This document shows positions 47,803 through 57,807 of a DNA stretch of 64,000 bases, piece by piece. The notes under the pieces were generated by a model that was not told the DNA's origin, searched no databases, and saw only the letters and a program-made list of their open reading frames with translations. Position numbers and translations under genes: made by a program. This DNA comes from an uncultured Candidatus Binatia bacterium (GTDB lineage: Bacteria; Desulfobacterota; Binatia; UBA9968; JAJDTQ01): the NCBI GenBank assembly GCA_964291295.2, contig OZ219754.1:896001-960000 (forward strand), written 5' to 3'. Position 1 is the first letter of the stretch, and every line of letters starts with the position of its first letter.

Positions 47803-47827
47803 GTCATTCCCGCGCGAGCGGGAAACC
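47803..47827. repeat. REP-like palindrome
   Basis: gtcattcccgcgcgagcgggaaacc. Confidence 0.6.
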
Positions 47828-48064
47828 GGGGGAGGCGGTGCCGGGGAAGTGGTTGCCGCCGCCGTCGGTCCGGTGCCTGCGGCGCAGGACGTTTCGGCGG
47901 CTGACAGGCGGGAGAGCATGTCCGGATTTTCGTCCATTGCGTCCAAAATGCCGGAAACGTGCAGCCTGGTCCCGTTATCGGACACGAAAAGGGCACCCGG
48001 TGGAACTCTGGTGGATCTCTGTCCCACGAAACTGTCCCACGAAAACTCTCTGCGGCGCAGGCTC

Positions 48065-48465
48065 CTGGTGGTACGTCTCATGAATGGCCTTGCATTTCGA
48101 GATTTTGAGGAAGATGGATTGACGGAAGTGGTCCGGACGAAAGGCTTGGGATTGGCATTGTGGCAAGCCAAGTAGTGCTTGATGGCCACAATCAGTTCCG
48201 GGACGCTGCGAAAGACACTGCGGCGCAGACGTTGGTGAGTCAGCTTTGCGAACCCACTTTCGACGAGATTGAGCCAGGAGGTACGGGTGGGCGTGAAATG
48301 GAGTCGGAATCGCGGGTGAGCAGCCAGCCAAAGGCGCAGCGCTTCATGCTTGTGAGTTCCATGGTTGTCCAGGATGATGTGCAGGGTCCGGTCGCGCGGG
48401 AAGGCACGGTGGAGGCGCCGCAGGAACTTCAGGAACTCCGGATGCCGATACGGACCGATGAAGGC
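48065..48465 (-). pseudogene. IS630 transposase C-terminal fragment (left arm, copy 2)
   Basis: LHIILDNHGTHKH, HFTPTRTSWLNLVE, AIKHYLACHNANPKPFV; same frameshift as copy 1. Confidence 0.9.
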
Positions 48466-48526
48466 GCTGCGTCCAGGTACGACCGACCCCGACCGTGCCG
48501 GGGCCTGCCCGCTGGCGGCTACGGTC

Positions 48527-48874
48527 TCAGCGCCCGGGCGTGGCGGCCAGCACCTCGTCGAGGCTCGTTGCCACCAGCACGGCCTCCGCCCAAGCCTCCA
48601 GTTCGGAGGCCGACGCACGGCGAACCCGCTCGCCGACCGCATCCGGCACATCACCGAAGCGCAACGCCAGTTGACGAAGAAGAAGTTCCGCCAAGGCCTG
48701 TATCCGGCCTCGTTCGATTCCCTTCTCCATTCCCTCGGCCCTTCCTTCAGCCCTTCCCTCGGCTCTTCCCTCAGCTCTTCCCTCAGCTCTTCCCTTTTCG
48801 ATTCCCTTTTCGATTCCCTTTTCGATTCCCTGTTCGATTCCCTGTTCGATCCAGGCTTGCGCGACTGTGCCCAT
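48527..48874 (-). CDS. Putative intragenic RpnS, copy 2, 115 aa
   Basis: GGGAGG-5 nt-ATG conserved in frame. Confidence 0.6.
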   Translation of the reverse strand: MGTVAQAWIEQGIEQGIEKGIEKGIEKGRAEGRAEGRAEGRAEGRAEGMEKGIERGRIQALAELLLRQLALRFGDVPDAVGERVRRASASELEAWAEAVLVATSLDEVLAATPGR

Positions 48875-49600
48875 CAGCGCCTCCCAACGGTCCGGCTTTG
48901 TCCGGCGCAGCGACGCCTCCAGCAAGGGCGGCGTCAGGTTCATGCACTCGGCCATGTAACGCACAATATGACGCTCGAACGCGCTCCCTGCAACCGGCCC
49001 GCCCGTCATCTGGTCCAGAAGATCCGTCGGTATGTCCTCGGCATATACCACCTTGAGTGCCAGAAGCCCGGCCCGCACTTCGGGCGAGACCGACAACCGC
49101 CTTGGCGCAATCTCGCCAAGGTCATGCAGCACATAGGCGAACTCCCTGACGAAAGGCTCCAACTCCCCGGGCGCGTCGATCATCCCCGGCACCGAGGGCG
49201 CCGCGGTCCAGCGGCCCCGACCGTGGTAGAAAACCAGCGGAATGATCGCTGGCAGCCGGTCCCCCGCGGCGCCATTCTCGACCTCGCGGCGCCAGATGTT
49301 GACCATGTATTTCAGGAGTTGGAGCGGCGTGTCCGCGTCGACGCGGCTCTTGTGTTCGAGCAGTACATAGAGCCGCGCATCGTGGCCGCTCCTCAGTCTC
49401 ACCCGGAACAGCGCATCGCATTGGGTCCGCGCGGCGTCCTCGTCGACGAAGTGGCCCTCCACCGCCTCGGGCGGAGCCTCGGGGTCGAGGAGAGCGGCGA
49501 CTTCTTGCGGCAGGTATTGCGCCAGCAGCGCGGCGGCGCGGGCCGGCTCGGAGACCAGTGCCCGGAACAGCGCATCGTGGGGCGTCGTCGGAAGGCTCAC
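48527..49600 (-). CDS. Rpn-family nuclease, copy 2
   Basis: Same protein as copy 1 apart from the repeat tract (five more 4-aa units) and one A/T change. Confidence 0.9.
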   Translation of the reverse strand: MSLPTTPHDALFRALVSEPARAAALLAQYLPQEVAALLDPEAPPEAVEGHFVDEDAARTQCDALFRVRLRSGHDARLYVLLEHKSRVDADTPLQLLKYMVNIWRREVENGAAGDRLPAIIPLVFYHGRGRWTAAPSVPGMIDAPGELEPFVREFAYVLHDLGEIAPRRLSVSPEVRAGLLALKVVYAEDIPTDLLDQMTGGPVAGSAFERHIVRYMAECMNLTPPLLEASLRRTKPDRWEALMGTVAQAWIEQGIEQGIEKGIEKGIEKGRAEGRAEGRAEGRAEGRAEGMEKGIERGRIQALAELLLRQLALRFGDVPDAVGERVRRASASELEAWAEAVLVATSLDEVLAATPGR

Positions 49601-49609
49601 CGGGCAGGT

Positions 49610-49770
49610 TCCCCGGCGTCTTTCGCAGCGTCCCGGAACGGATTGCCGCCATCAAGCACTACTTGGCTTGCCACAATGCCAACCCCAGACCTTTCGTCCG
49701 GAACACCCCCGTCAATGCCATCCTCCTCAAAATCTCAAAATGCAACGCCATTCATGAGACGTACCACTAG
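49610..49770 (+). pseudogene. IS630 3' end fragment (right arm, copy 2)
   Basis: [51 protein letters not shown]. Confidence 0.85.
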
Positions 49771-51341
49771 TGCCTGAAGTGCCGGATGCCGGTGAACACC
49801 ATGGCCAGGCCGTGCTCGTTGGCGGCGGCGATGACCTCGTCGTCACGGATGGAGCCACCGGGCTGGATGACCGCGCGGGCGCCCGCCTCGGCGGCCGCGT
49901 CCACGCCGTCCCGGAAGGGATAGAAGGCATCCGACGCCACCACGGAACCGGCGAGATCCAGGCCGTGGGTCCTGGCCCGGGTGACGGCCAGATTGGCGGA
50001 ATCCACCCGGCTCATCTGGCCGGCGCCGACGCCGAGCAACTGGTCGCCGGAGGTGAACACGATGGCGTTGGATTTCACGTGGTGGCACACGCGCCAGGCG
50101 AAACCCAGGGCCTTGAACTCGTCGTCGTCGGGCCGCCGCTCGGTCACCACCCGGCATTCCCGCACGTCCATGGGCTTGTGGTCCCAGTCCTGCAGCAGCA
50201 CGCCGCCGCGCACCCGCCGCAAGTCGAGGCTCCGGTCGGTGTCCGGGGTCATGTCGATCTCCAGCAGGCGGATGTTGAGCAGCCGCCGGGCGGAGGAGAG
50301 GATGGCCCGGGCCTCGGGCGTGAAGGAGGGCGCGATGACGATCTCGAGGAATATCCGCTTCAGTTCTTCCGCCGTTTCCGCGTCCACCGGGCGGTTCAGC
50401 GCGATGACGCCTCCGAAGATGGATACCGGGTCGCCCGCCCGGGCCTTGCGGAAAGCGTCCGCCAGCGAGACGTTGGAGGTGGCCAGACCGCACGGATTGG
50501 TGTGCTTGATGGCCACGGCCGCGGTCTCGGGAAAGTCCAGGATCGTGCGCAGGGCGGCGTCGGCGTCCAGGATGTTGTTGAACGAGAGCTGCTTGCCCTG
50601 GACCTGTGCGGCCCGGGTCACGGACGGGCCGGTGGAATCCGTCTGGCTGTAGAAAGCGGCGCTCTGGTGGGGGTTCTCGCCGTAGCGCAGCTCCTGCTGC
50701 TTCGAGAACTGGAGGTTGAGCTTCGCGCCCCAGGCGCCGGGTTTCTTTTCTTCGTCGAGCCGTCCCAGGTAGTTGGAGATAGCGCCGTCGTAGCGGGCGG
50801 TATGGTGGAACGCTCGGCACGCCAGACCGAACCGCGTGTCCGGCGACAGTTCGCCGCCCTTGGCCGCGAGTTCGTCGGCCACCGTCCCGTAGTCCGCAGG
50901 CTCCACCACCACCGCCACGTGCGGGTGGTTCTTGGCCGCGGCCCGGATCATGGCGGGGCCGCCGATGTCGATCTGCTCGACAATCTCCTCGAACGGCGCC
51001 TGCCGTGCCGCGGCGGCCTCGAACGGGTACAGGTTCACCACCACCATGTCGATGGGGTCGATGCCCAGTTCCGCCATCTGCGCCTGGTGCCCGGGTCTGC
51101 CCCGCAGCGCCAGGATGCCGCCGTGGATCTTGGGATGGAGCGTCTTGACCCGGCCGTCCATGATCTCCGGAAACCCCGTCACGTCCGCCACGTCGGTGAC
51201 GTCGATGTCGTTCTCCCGCAGCAATGCGGCGGTCCCGCCCGTGGACAGGATCTCGATGCCGAACCCCGCCAGCCGTGCGGCGAAGTCGGTGAGGCCGTCC
51301 TTGTCGGACACGCTTATCAACGCTCTCCTTATCTTGCCCAC
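49767..51341 (-). CDS. purH: Bifunctional AICAR transformylase/IMP cyclohydrolase
   Basis: [44 protein letters not shown]; GTG51341. Confidence 0.97.
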   Translation of the reverse strand: MGKIRRALISVSDKDGLTDFAARLAGFGIEILSTGGTAALLRENDIDVTDVADVTGFPEIMDGRVKTLHPKIHGGILALRGRPGHQAQMAELGIDPIDMVVVNLYPFEAAAARQAPFEEIVEQIDIGGPAMIRAAAKNHPHVAVVVEPADYGTVADELAAKGGELSPDTRFGLACRAFHHTARYDGAISNYLGRLDEEKKPGAWGAKLNLQFSKQQELRYGENPHQSAAFYSQTDSTGPSVTRAAQVQGKQLSFNNILDADAALRTILDFPETAAVAIKHTNPCGLATSNVSLADAFRKARAGDPVSIFGGVIALNRPVDAETAEELKRIFLEIVIAPSFTPEARAILSSARRLLNIRLLEIDMTPDTDRSLDLRRVRGGVLLQDWDHKPMDVRECRVVTERRPDDDEFKALGFAWRVCHHVKSNAIVFTSGDQLLGVGAGQMSRVDSANLAVTRARTHGLDLAGSVVASDAFYPFRDGVDAAAEAGARAVIQPGGSIRDDEVIAAANEHGLAMVFTGIRHFRH

Positions 51342-52579
51342 CGTGGCCCCGTTCCCCCCTTTTCCAGGTGATGCGAACCTTGAACGGCCTCCATCACCGG
51401 GGCGGCGGCACGCGACGACCGGGCCTGACGCCGGTACGCGTTCGCCGGTTCTCCCTGGCTCCAGGTGTAGTGACGTGGAATGCGAGGGCTGATGGAGGTG
51501 AGGATCTCGTAGGAGATCGTGTCCGCCCAGCCCGCCATCTCTTCGGCGGAGATGACCTCCCGGCCCTGCGCGCCCAGGAGGACAACCTCGTCGCCCGGTC
51601 GAACCTCGGCTATATCGGTGACGTCGGCCATTGTCAAATTCATGGTGACGCGGCCCGCAACCGGCGCCCGCCGGCCGCGGATCAGCACCGAAGCCCTGTT
51701 CGACAGGCACCGTTTGTAGCCGTCCGCATAACCCACCGGAAGGGTCGCGATGACGCTTTCGCGCTTGGTGACGAAGGTGCCGCCGTAGCTCACGGGCGAA
51801 CGCCGGGGGAGGGTTCTGAGTTGCAGCACCCGGGTCTTCCACGCGAGCGCCGGCGCAAGACGGACGTGGTCCGCCAGGGGCGGATGGGAGAAGAGGCCGT
51901 AGAGCATGCCGCCCGGCCGGACCATGTTGAAATGGGCCTCGGGCAGCGCCATGACGGCGGCGCTGTTGGCCATGTGGGCAAGGGCCGGCCGGTGCCCGGC
52001 CGCGCGCATGTGTTCCAGCGCCCGCCGGAAGGCGCGCAGGGGTCCTCGGGACGCCGGCTCCTCGGCCTCGGCGAAGTGGGACATGACGCCCTGGAGCCGG
52101 ACGGCCTTGAGGCCGGCCAGCGCCGGCAGCCATTCCTTGATGGCGTCGGGCCGGAGCCCCAGCCGGCCCATGCCGGTGTCCAGCTTGAGATGAACGGGAA
52201 TCGCGACACCCCGCTGGACGCCGAAACCTTCCAGGTGCCTTAGCAGATCGAGACTGGAAACGACGGGATTCAGGGAATATCGGACCAGGTCGGCGGCATC
52301 ATCGGGCTCGAGGCTCGCGAGCACCAGGACCGCGGCCTCGACCCCGGCCTCCCGCAGCCGGACGGCTTCGGTGACGGTGGCGACGCCGAGGCGCCGGACC
52401 CCGCCGGCGCACAGGGCGCGGGCGGCTTCAATGTCGCCGTGGCCATAGGCGTCGGCCTTCACCACCGCGAGTATCTCCACGGCGGAGCCCACCAGGCGGC
52501 GCACCGTGCGCAGGTTGGCGCGCAGGGCGGACAGATCGACGACGCAGCAGGTTTCCGCGGGTTTGTCGGGGGCGGACAC
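51329..52579 (-). CDS. alr: Alanine racemase (with ~45-aa C-terminal read-through)
   Basis: AVVKADAYGHG, KLDTGMGRLG, MVRPG, GYADG, ISYEILT. Confidence 0.94.
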   Translation of the reverse strand: MSAPDKPAETCCVVDLSALRANLRTVRRLVGSAVEILAVVKADAYGHGDIEAARALCAGGVRRLGVATVTEAVRLREAGVEAAVLVLASLEPDDAADLVRYSLNPVVSSLDLLRHLEGFGVQRGVAIPVHLKLDTGMGRLGLRPDAIKEWLPALAGLKAVRLQGVMSHFAEAEEPASRGPLRAFRRALEHMRAAGHRPALAHMANSAAVMALPEAHFNMVRPGGMLYGLFSHPPLADHVRLAPALAWKTRVLQLRTLPRRSPVSYGGTFVTKRESVIATLPVGYADGYKRCLSNRASVLIRGRRAPVAGRVTMNLTMADVTDIAEVRPGDEVVLLGAQGREVISAEEMAGWADTISYEILTSISPRIPRHYTWSQGEPANAYRRQARSSRAAAPVMEAVQGSHHLEKGGTGPRWAR

Positions 52580-52587
52580 TCGTCGGG

Positions 52588-52917
52588 TCAGGATACCCTG
52601 GCGCCCGGAGCGATCCGTTGCTCGGGTGCAAGGATGACGAGTTGGTCGCCGGCCGTGGCGGCCAGGATCATGCCCTGGCTCTCGATGCCCCGGAGCCGCG
52701 CGGGCTTCAGGTTCGCCACCACCACGAGTTGCCGGCCGATCAATTCCTCCGGGCGGTAGTGGCCGCGAATGCCCGCCACCAGTTGGCGCTGTTCCGAGCC
52801 CAAGTCCACCTTGAGCACCATGAGCCGGTCGGCGTCGGGATGCGGTTCGGCGGCCGTCACCGTGCCGATGCGCAGATCCACGGCGCGGAAGTCGTCGATG
52901 GTGATCATGTTCTCCAT
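52588..52917 (-). CDS. Stand-alone tRNA-binding OB-fold protein (MetG C-terminal/CsaA-like)
   Basis: [40 protein letters not shown]. Confidence 0.9.
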   Translation of the reverse strand: MENMITIDDFRAVDLRIGTVTAAEPHPDADRLMVLKVDLGSEQRQLVAGIRGHYRPEELIGRQLVVVANLKPARLRGIESQGMILAATAGDQLVILAPEQRIAPGARVS

Positions 52918-53083
52918 GGGTTCGATCAGGCGGTCCGTTGGTGCCGATCAGGTGCCGATCAGGTGCCGATCAGGCGACCCTGTTGGTGCCAGGATAGCAA
53001 AACGCCAGGCCGCAAGCCAGTTGCGGGTCGATATCGGCGGTGCTTTCCGGCGGCCCGGCCCTTGCAAACCATGCCGATACCGG

Positions 53084-53110
53084 CTACTAATCATAATCAT
53101 TACCAATACC
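53084..53110. promoter_or_regulatory. PerR/Fur-box-like operator upstream of rubrerythrin
   Basis: CTACTAATCATAATCATTACCAATACC directly before the RBS. Confidence 0.6.
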
Positions 53111-53126
53111 AACAAGGAGGCAACCT

Positions 53127-53570
53127 ATGGCAGGCATCAATGGCACCAAGAGCCACGAGAACCTGAAGAACGCCTTTGCTGGCGAGTCTCAGGCCAACCG
53201 CCGTTATCTCTACTTCGCGCGGCAGGCGGACATCGAGGGATACCCCGACATGGGCGGGCTGTTCCGCGACACCTCCGAGGCGGAGACGGGACACGCGTTC
53301 GGCCATCTGGACTTCCTGAAGGAAGTCGGCGATCCGTGTACCGGTGTTCCCATCGGCACTACCGAGAAGAATCTGAAGTCCGCGGTGGAGGGCGAGACCT
53401 ACGAATACACCGAGATGTATCCCGGCTTCGCCAGGACGGCCCGCGACGAGGGTCTGGAGGAGCTGGCCGAGTGGTTCGAGACCCTCGCCAAGGCCGAAAA
53501 GTCCCATGCCGGCCGTTTCAACAAGGGACTGCAGGCGGTCGCCGGCAAGGACCCGGCGGACGCGAGCTGA
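53127..53570 (+). CDS. rbr: Rubrerythrin (short form, no rubredoxin domain)
   Basis: [34 protein letters not shown]. Confidence 0.94.
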   Translation: MAGINGTKSHENLKNAFAGESQANRRYLYFARQADIEGYPDMGGLFRDTSEAETGHAFGHLDFLKEVGDPCTGVPIGTTEKNLKSAVEGETYEYTEMYPGFARTARDEGLEELAEWFETLAKAEKSHAGRFNKGLQAVAGKDPADAS

Positions 53571-53712
53571 AGCGGCGGCCCGTCGGGCCGCGATCCTGCC
53601 GCTCCGGACCCTTGGGATATCTCCCGCGCGGTCCCGAGCGGCAGCCTCCGGTCCAGCCTCCGATCCAGACGCCGGTACAACCCACGGTCCAACCCCGGAT
53701 CTCTTTCGCAAC

Positions 53713-54285
53713 ATGGAAAAGGTTACCCTGAACGACATCGTCGGCGCCCATGCCTATGAACGGAAGCGCGATGCCTTCCGGCGCGAGATCATCGGTCTCA
53801 AGAAGCGCCGGCGGGTGGCGGTGGGTGACAAGGTCTCACTGGTGTTCGAGAACCGGGCCACGGTGATCTTTCAGATACAGGAGATGCTGCGGGCGGAGGG
53901 CATCCGCGACCTGGACAAGATCCGTGAGGAGATCGACGTCTACAACGAACTCATCCCGGATGCCGGCGAGCTCCGGGCAACCCTCTTCCTGGAGATCGAG
54001 GAACAGACCAACCTTCGCGACGAGCTGCTGAAGTTTCTCGGCATCGACGAACGGGTCTTCTTCAGGATCGGCGGCGGCCACCTGGTCCGCGCCAGCTTCG
54101 AGGAGGGCCGCAGCAAGGAGGACAAGATCAGCGCGGTGCAGTATGTGACCTTCGGCTTCACCGCGGACGAAGCCGACGCGCTGCGCCACCGGGATGCTGC
54201 CATCGTGGTGGATCACGAGAACTACCACGCCGAGGCCCCGTTGACCGCGGCCACCCGGGCGGAGCTGCTGGCGGACCTGGATTAG
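53713..54285 (+). CDS. DUF3501 family protein
   Basis: [45 protein letters not shown]. Confidence 0.9.
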   Translation: MEKVTLNDIVGAHAYERKRDAFRREIIGLKKRRRVAVGDKVSLVFENRATVIFQIQEMLRAEGIRDLDKIREEIDVYNELIPDAGELRATLFLEIEEQTNLRDELLKFLGIDERVFFRIGGGHLVRASFEEGRSKEDKISAVQYVTFGFTADEADALRHRDAAIVVDHENYHAEAPLTAATRAELLADLD

Positions 54286-54309
54286 GGTTCCAGGGAAGGC
54301 TGCCGGGGA

Positions 54310-54690
54310 ATGTCCAGGTCCACGAGACGGACGCGACAGCTTCAGGTCATCTGGGACGTCCTCAAGGGCGAGTTGTCCCATCCCACCGCAGATCAGGTCT
54401 ACGAGCGGGTGCGCCGGGAGATTCCCAACATCAGCTTGGGCACGGTCTACCGCAATCTCCAGAAGCTGGCCGCCGACGGCAGGCTGCAGATCCTCAACAT
54501 CGAGCGCACGCAACACTTCGACGCGATCCTTGGCAAGCATCCTCATTTCATTTGCGAAACGTGTGGAAAGGTCTATGATGTCACCCTTGACCGGAGGGAA
54601 GAAGCTGCCCCCGTTCTCTTGCCCGACACCGGCTTTACGGTAACCTCCCACCAGCTTTCTCTCTACGGGACTTGCGAGACATGCTCATGA
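54310..54690 (+). CDS. perR: Fur-family peroxide regulator PerR-like
   Basis: SHPTADQVY, ISLGTVYRNL, HPHFICETCG, YGTCETC. Confidence 0.85.
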   Translation: MSRSTRRTRQLQVIWDVLKGELSHPTADQVYERVRREIPNISLGTVYRNLQKLAADGRLQILNIERTQHFDAILGKHPHFICETCGKVYDVTLDRREEAAPVLLPDTGFTVTSHQLSLYGTCETCS

Positions 54691-54729
54691 CGCCCGCGGG
54701 CGGCCCCGCGCGGCCATTGGGGGGACGCC

Positions 54730-55602
54730 ATGTCAAGACACGCTTCGACAGGTGGTGCGACAGGTCTCGTGCTGGGGTTGGCGGTGCTGCTGAGTGCGCA
54801 GGCCGCCGGTGCCATCTGCAATCCCAATCTGGTCCGCACCCTGGACCGGGACTCGCAGCTGGCGCGCGCAACGCGGTTCGCCAGGGTATCCACCGGACCG
54901 GACATCGGCCTCGGGCAGTATAGCGTCCGGTGGTTCGGCCACTCGAGCTTCGCCATCCGCTCCGGCACCGGCACCCGGGTGGTGGCCGATCCCAACTTCG
55001 ACGTCACACCGGGGATCGCCGCCGATGCGGTGACGGTGAGCAACGACCACTACACCCACAACAACGTCGAGGCGGTGCGCGGCGATCCCCTGGTGCTGCG
55101 GGGCATCACCCTGGATCAGCGCTGGCAGGCGGTACGCAGGAAGGTCAAGGACATCCTGGTGGTAAACCTTCCCAGCGCACGGAATTACGACCTCACCCGC
55201 ATTGCCAACTCGATCTTCGTCTACGAAATGGGCAGCCTCTGCATCGCCCACCTGGGCAACATCGGCCACCTGCTCACGGAGAGGCAGCAGACGTTGCTGC
55301 GCCGGGTGGACCTCATGATGATCCCCATTGATGCGCGCAACAATCTGGGCTTCGAGGACTTGGTCAAGGTCATTGAACAGGTGAAGCCGCCCATCGTGTT
55401 GCCGATGCACTACGATGACCCGCACCAGTCCCGGTACTTCGCCTCCTTCGTGGAGGACCGCTATCCGGTCCGCTGGCAACCCGAATCCCGCCTCGTACTG
55501 ACGCGCCGGATGTTGCCCGAGAGCACCGAACTCTTCGTCCTGCCCCATCCCAACCCGTACGCCGCGAGGCGCCGCTGGTACGATTGGGGTGACGACCCGT
55601 AG
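54730..55602 (+). CDS. Exported MBL-fold metallo-hydrolase
   Basis: Signal peptide, WFGHSSF, ADAVTVSNDHYTHN, AHLGNIGH, VLPMHY. Confidence 0.8.
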   Translation: MSRHASTGGATGLVLGLAVLLSAQAAGAICNPNLVRTLDRDSQLARATRFARVSTGPDIGLGQYSVRWFGHSSFAIRSGTGTRVVADPNFDVTPGIAADAVTVSNDHYTHNNVEAVRGDPLVLRGITLDQRWQAVRRKVKDILVVNLPSARNYDLTRIANSIFVYEMGSLCIAHLGNIGHLLTERQQTLLRRVDLMMIPIDARNNLGFEDLVKVIEQVKPPIVLPMHYDDPHQSRYFASFVEDRYPVRWQPESRLVLTRRMLPESTELFVLPHPNPYAARRRWYDWGDDP

Positions 55603-55803
55603 AGACTGGGGTGACGACCCGCGGCGTTCGACCGGTTCGCCCTCCCCGCGGGCCGCGCCGCCTTGAGGTGCGCCGCTTTGGTTTCCCGCGGCCGATGTGA
55701 TACCCGTTGACACCTTCCGCCCCGCCCCCGAGACCATCCTCTGGCTCCAAGGGGGCCGGGCGTTCACTCGTCCGAAGGAGGCACTTGTCCGAAGGAGGCA
55801 CAC

Positions 55804-56019
55804 GTGGCAGCAGAGTCCGGCATTGGCGCGGTCAAGGGAAAGATCAAGGCGTTGAGGGAAGAGAAGGTTCAGGTGGAAGACTCCGGCAAGCGGGAGATCC
55901 TGCGCCAGAAGATTCGCCGGCTGAAGAAGAAGACGCGCAAGCTGTCACGGCAGGCCAGTCTCCGGGCACAGGAGGCCGCTGCCGCTCCGGAAACCCCGGC
56001 GGGCGAAACGCCGGCATAG
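55804..56019 (+). CDS. Small basic hypothetical protein
   Basis: GTG after AAGGAGG; K/R-rich helical hairpin. Confidence 0.55.
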   Translation: MAAESGIGAVKGKIKALREEKVQVEDSGKREILRQKIRRLKKKTRKLSRQASLRAQEAAAAPETPAGETPA

Positions 56020-56170
56020 GCGGCTGAAGCCGTCCGGCGTTGTCCAAACTGCAGGGGCGGCGTCGTGATCCGGTTTCGCCCCGCTCATCCGAAACCGGCG
56101 GGAACTTCGGGGTCCGAACTTCGGGGTCGGAGCCTCGTGCCGGCGCGGCGCCCCCGCACCGGGCGGCGGC

Positions 56171-57448
56171 CTACGACGGCTCCTTCGGGTTGAAGAACGC
56201 CTTGGTGCCGCGGGCTTCCACCGCGTTGCCGATGCGTTGGAGGGCGTGGACGTAGGCGGCGGTGCGCATGCTGACCTTCTTGTCCCGGGCCACTTCCAGC
56301 ACCCGCCGGGTCTCCAGCTCCATGATGGCCTTGAGCTTCGCGTGCACCTCTTCCACCGGCCAGTAGTAGGCCGCCTTGTTCTGCACCCACTCGAAATAGG
56401 AGACCGTGACCCCGCCCGCGTTGGCGAGGATGTCGGGTATGACCACCACGCCGCGTTCGTCGAGGATGGCGTCCCCGGCCGGCGTCACCGGGCCGTTGGC
56501 GAGTTCCAGGATCACCGGTGCCTTGATGCGGGCCGCGTTGGCCCCGGTGATCTGGCTCTCCACCGCCGCCGGGATCAGCACGTCGCACTCCGTCTCCAGC
56601 AGTTCCGCGTTGTCGAGCTGCCGCGCGGTGCCGCGGGTGGGCGCGCCGGCAACGCTCCGGGTGCGATTCTTGTGCTCCATCACCTGGTAGGGATTCATGC
56701 CGTCGGGATCGTGGATGGCGGCGGTGGAGTCCGACAGGCCGACGATCCTGTAGCCGTCGTCGTGGAGCAGGCGCGCGCAGTGGAACGAGGCATTGCCGAA
56801 GCCCTGAAGCACGATCCGGGACTTTTCCGGGCTTATTCCGAAATCGTCCTTCAGTTGGCGCAGCACGTAGTAGCCGCCGCGCCCGGTGGCGTCGTCGCGC
56901 CCCAGCGAGCCGCCCAGGGCCACCGGTTTGCCGGTGATGATGGCCGGGCTGGGATGGCCGGAAATGGTGCCGTACTCGTCCGCCATCCAGGCCATGACGA
57001 TGCCGTTGGTGTACATGTCCGGGGCGGGGATGTCGCGCTCGGGTCCGATGAAACGGGAGAAGGCCTCCACGTAGGAGCGGCTCAGCCGCTCCAGTTCGGC
57101 CCGGGAAAGCTGCTTGACGTCCACCGACACGCCGCCCTTGGCGCCGCCGAAGGGGAGGTTCACGACGGCGCACTTGAAGGTCATCCAGAACGCCAGCGTC
57201 ATCACCTCGTCCACGTTCACCGCCGGATGGAAGCGGATGCCGCCCTTGGTGGGTCCGCGGGTGTCGTCATAGCGGCAGCGCCACGCCTTGAATGCCTTGC
57301 GCGAGCCGTCGTCCATGCGCACCAGCAGGGTGGCGGCCAGGGTCTCCCTGGGATAGCGCAGCTGGTCGATGATCTCGCGCTCGATCTCCAGATGGCGGGC
57401 GGCGTCTTCGAGACGCTCCCGGGCGGTGGAAAAAAGATCGGTAGCCAT
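56171..57448 (-). CDS. gdhA: Glu/Leu/Phe/Val dehydrogenase (glutamate dehydrogenase)
   Basis: GPTKGGIRFHP, LPFGGAKGG, DIPAPD, QGFGN, ANAGGVTVSYFEW; ATG57448 inferred. Confidence 0.93.
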   Translation of the reverse strand: MATDLFSTARERLEDAARHLEIEREIIDQLRYPRETLAATLLVRMDDGSRKAFKAWRCRYDDTRGPTKGGIRFHPAVNVDEVMTLAFWMTFKCAVVNLPFGGAKGGVSVDVKQLSRAELERLSRSYVEAFSRFIGPERDIPAPDMYTNGIVMAWMADEYGTISGHPSPAIITGKPVALGGSLGRDDATGRGGYYVLRQLKDDFGISPEKSRIVLQGFGNASFHCARLLHDDGYRIVGLSDSTAAIHDPDGMNPYQVMEHKNRTRSVAGAPTRGTARQLDNAELLETECDVLIPAAVESQITGANAARIKAPVILELANGPVTPAGDAILDERGVVVIPDILANAGGVTVSYFEWVQNKAAYYWPVEEVHAKLKAIMELETRRVLEVARDKKVSMRTAAYVHALQRIGNAVEARGTKAFFNPKEPS

Positions 57449-57683
57449 GACGTTCGCTCCTTCCCGGCGGTTGAAAGACGGCATCCGTCAACCCATCGCC
57501 CCTCTGGAAACCATCTCAGGAAACAGTAATCAGCAAGTAATCAGTAAAGCAGAAAAAACGAAAAAGCCGAAAAAAGTGGAGCACGAAAAAAAGTGGAGCC
57601 CGCGAAAAATCAAAAGTCGAGACCGCGAGAAGTGGATCCCGCGATAAGTCGAGACCGCGAGAACGTGATGGCCCCCTTGATGC

Positions 57684-57710
57684 GATATTGGTAACGATGG
57701 TTCTCATTTT
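57684..57710. promoter_or_regulatory. Fur-box-like AT-rich site between gdh and radical SAM gene
   Basis: GATATTGGTAACGATGGTTCTCATT. Confidence 0.35.
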
Positions 57711-57807
57711 TGTATTTTCAATTCGGTGTACGCGGAGTATACTTGCCAAGACTGCAAAGACTCAGGACGAGACACAACAACGACGCGACGACCTTTGGAG
57801 GTGAGCC

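Larger units (their letters stand above)
48065..49770. mobile_element. IS630-end-bounded Rpn cassette, copy 2 (1706 bp), between purH and purD
   Basis: Collinear with 14840..16485, 60 bp longer through repeat expansion; ends ctggtggtacgtctcatgaatgg / ccattcatgagacgtaccactag. Confidence 0.88.

Noticed and set aside
51342-52133. Extended purH N-terminus, or a ZTP riboswitch upstream of purH
   Set aside because: The extension overlaps alr, and the conserved pfl/ZTP motif elements are not recognisable.
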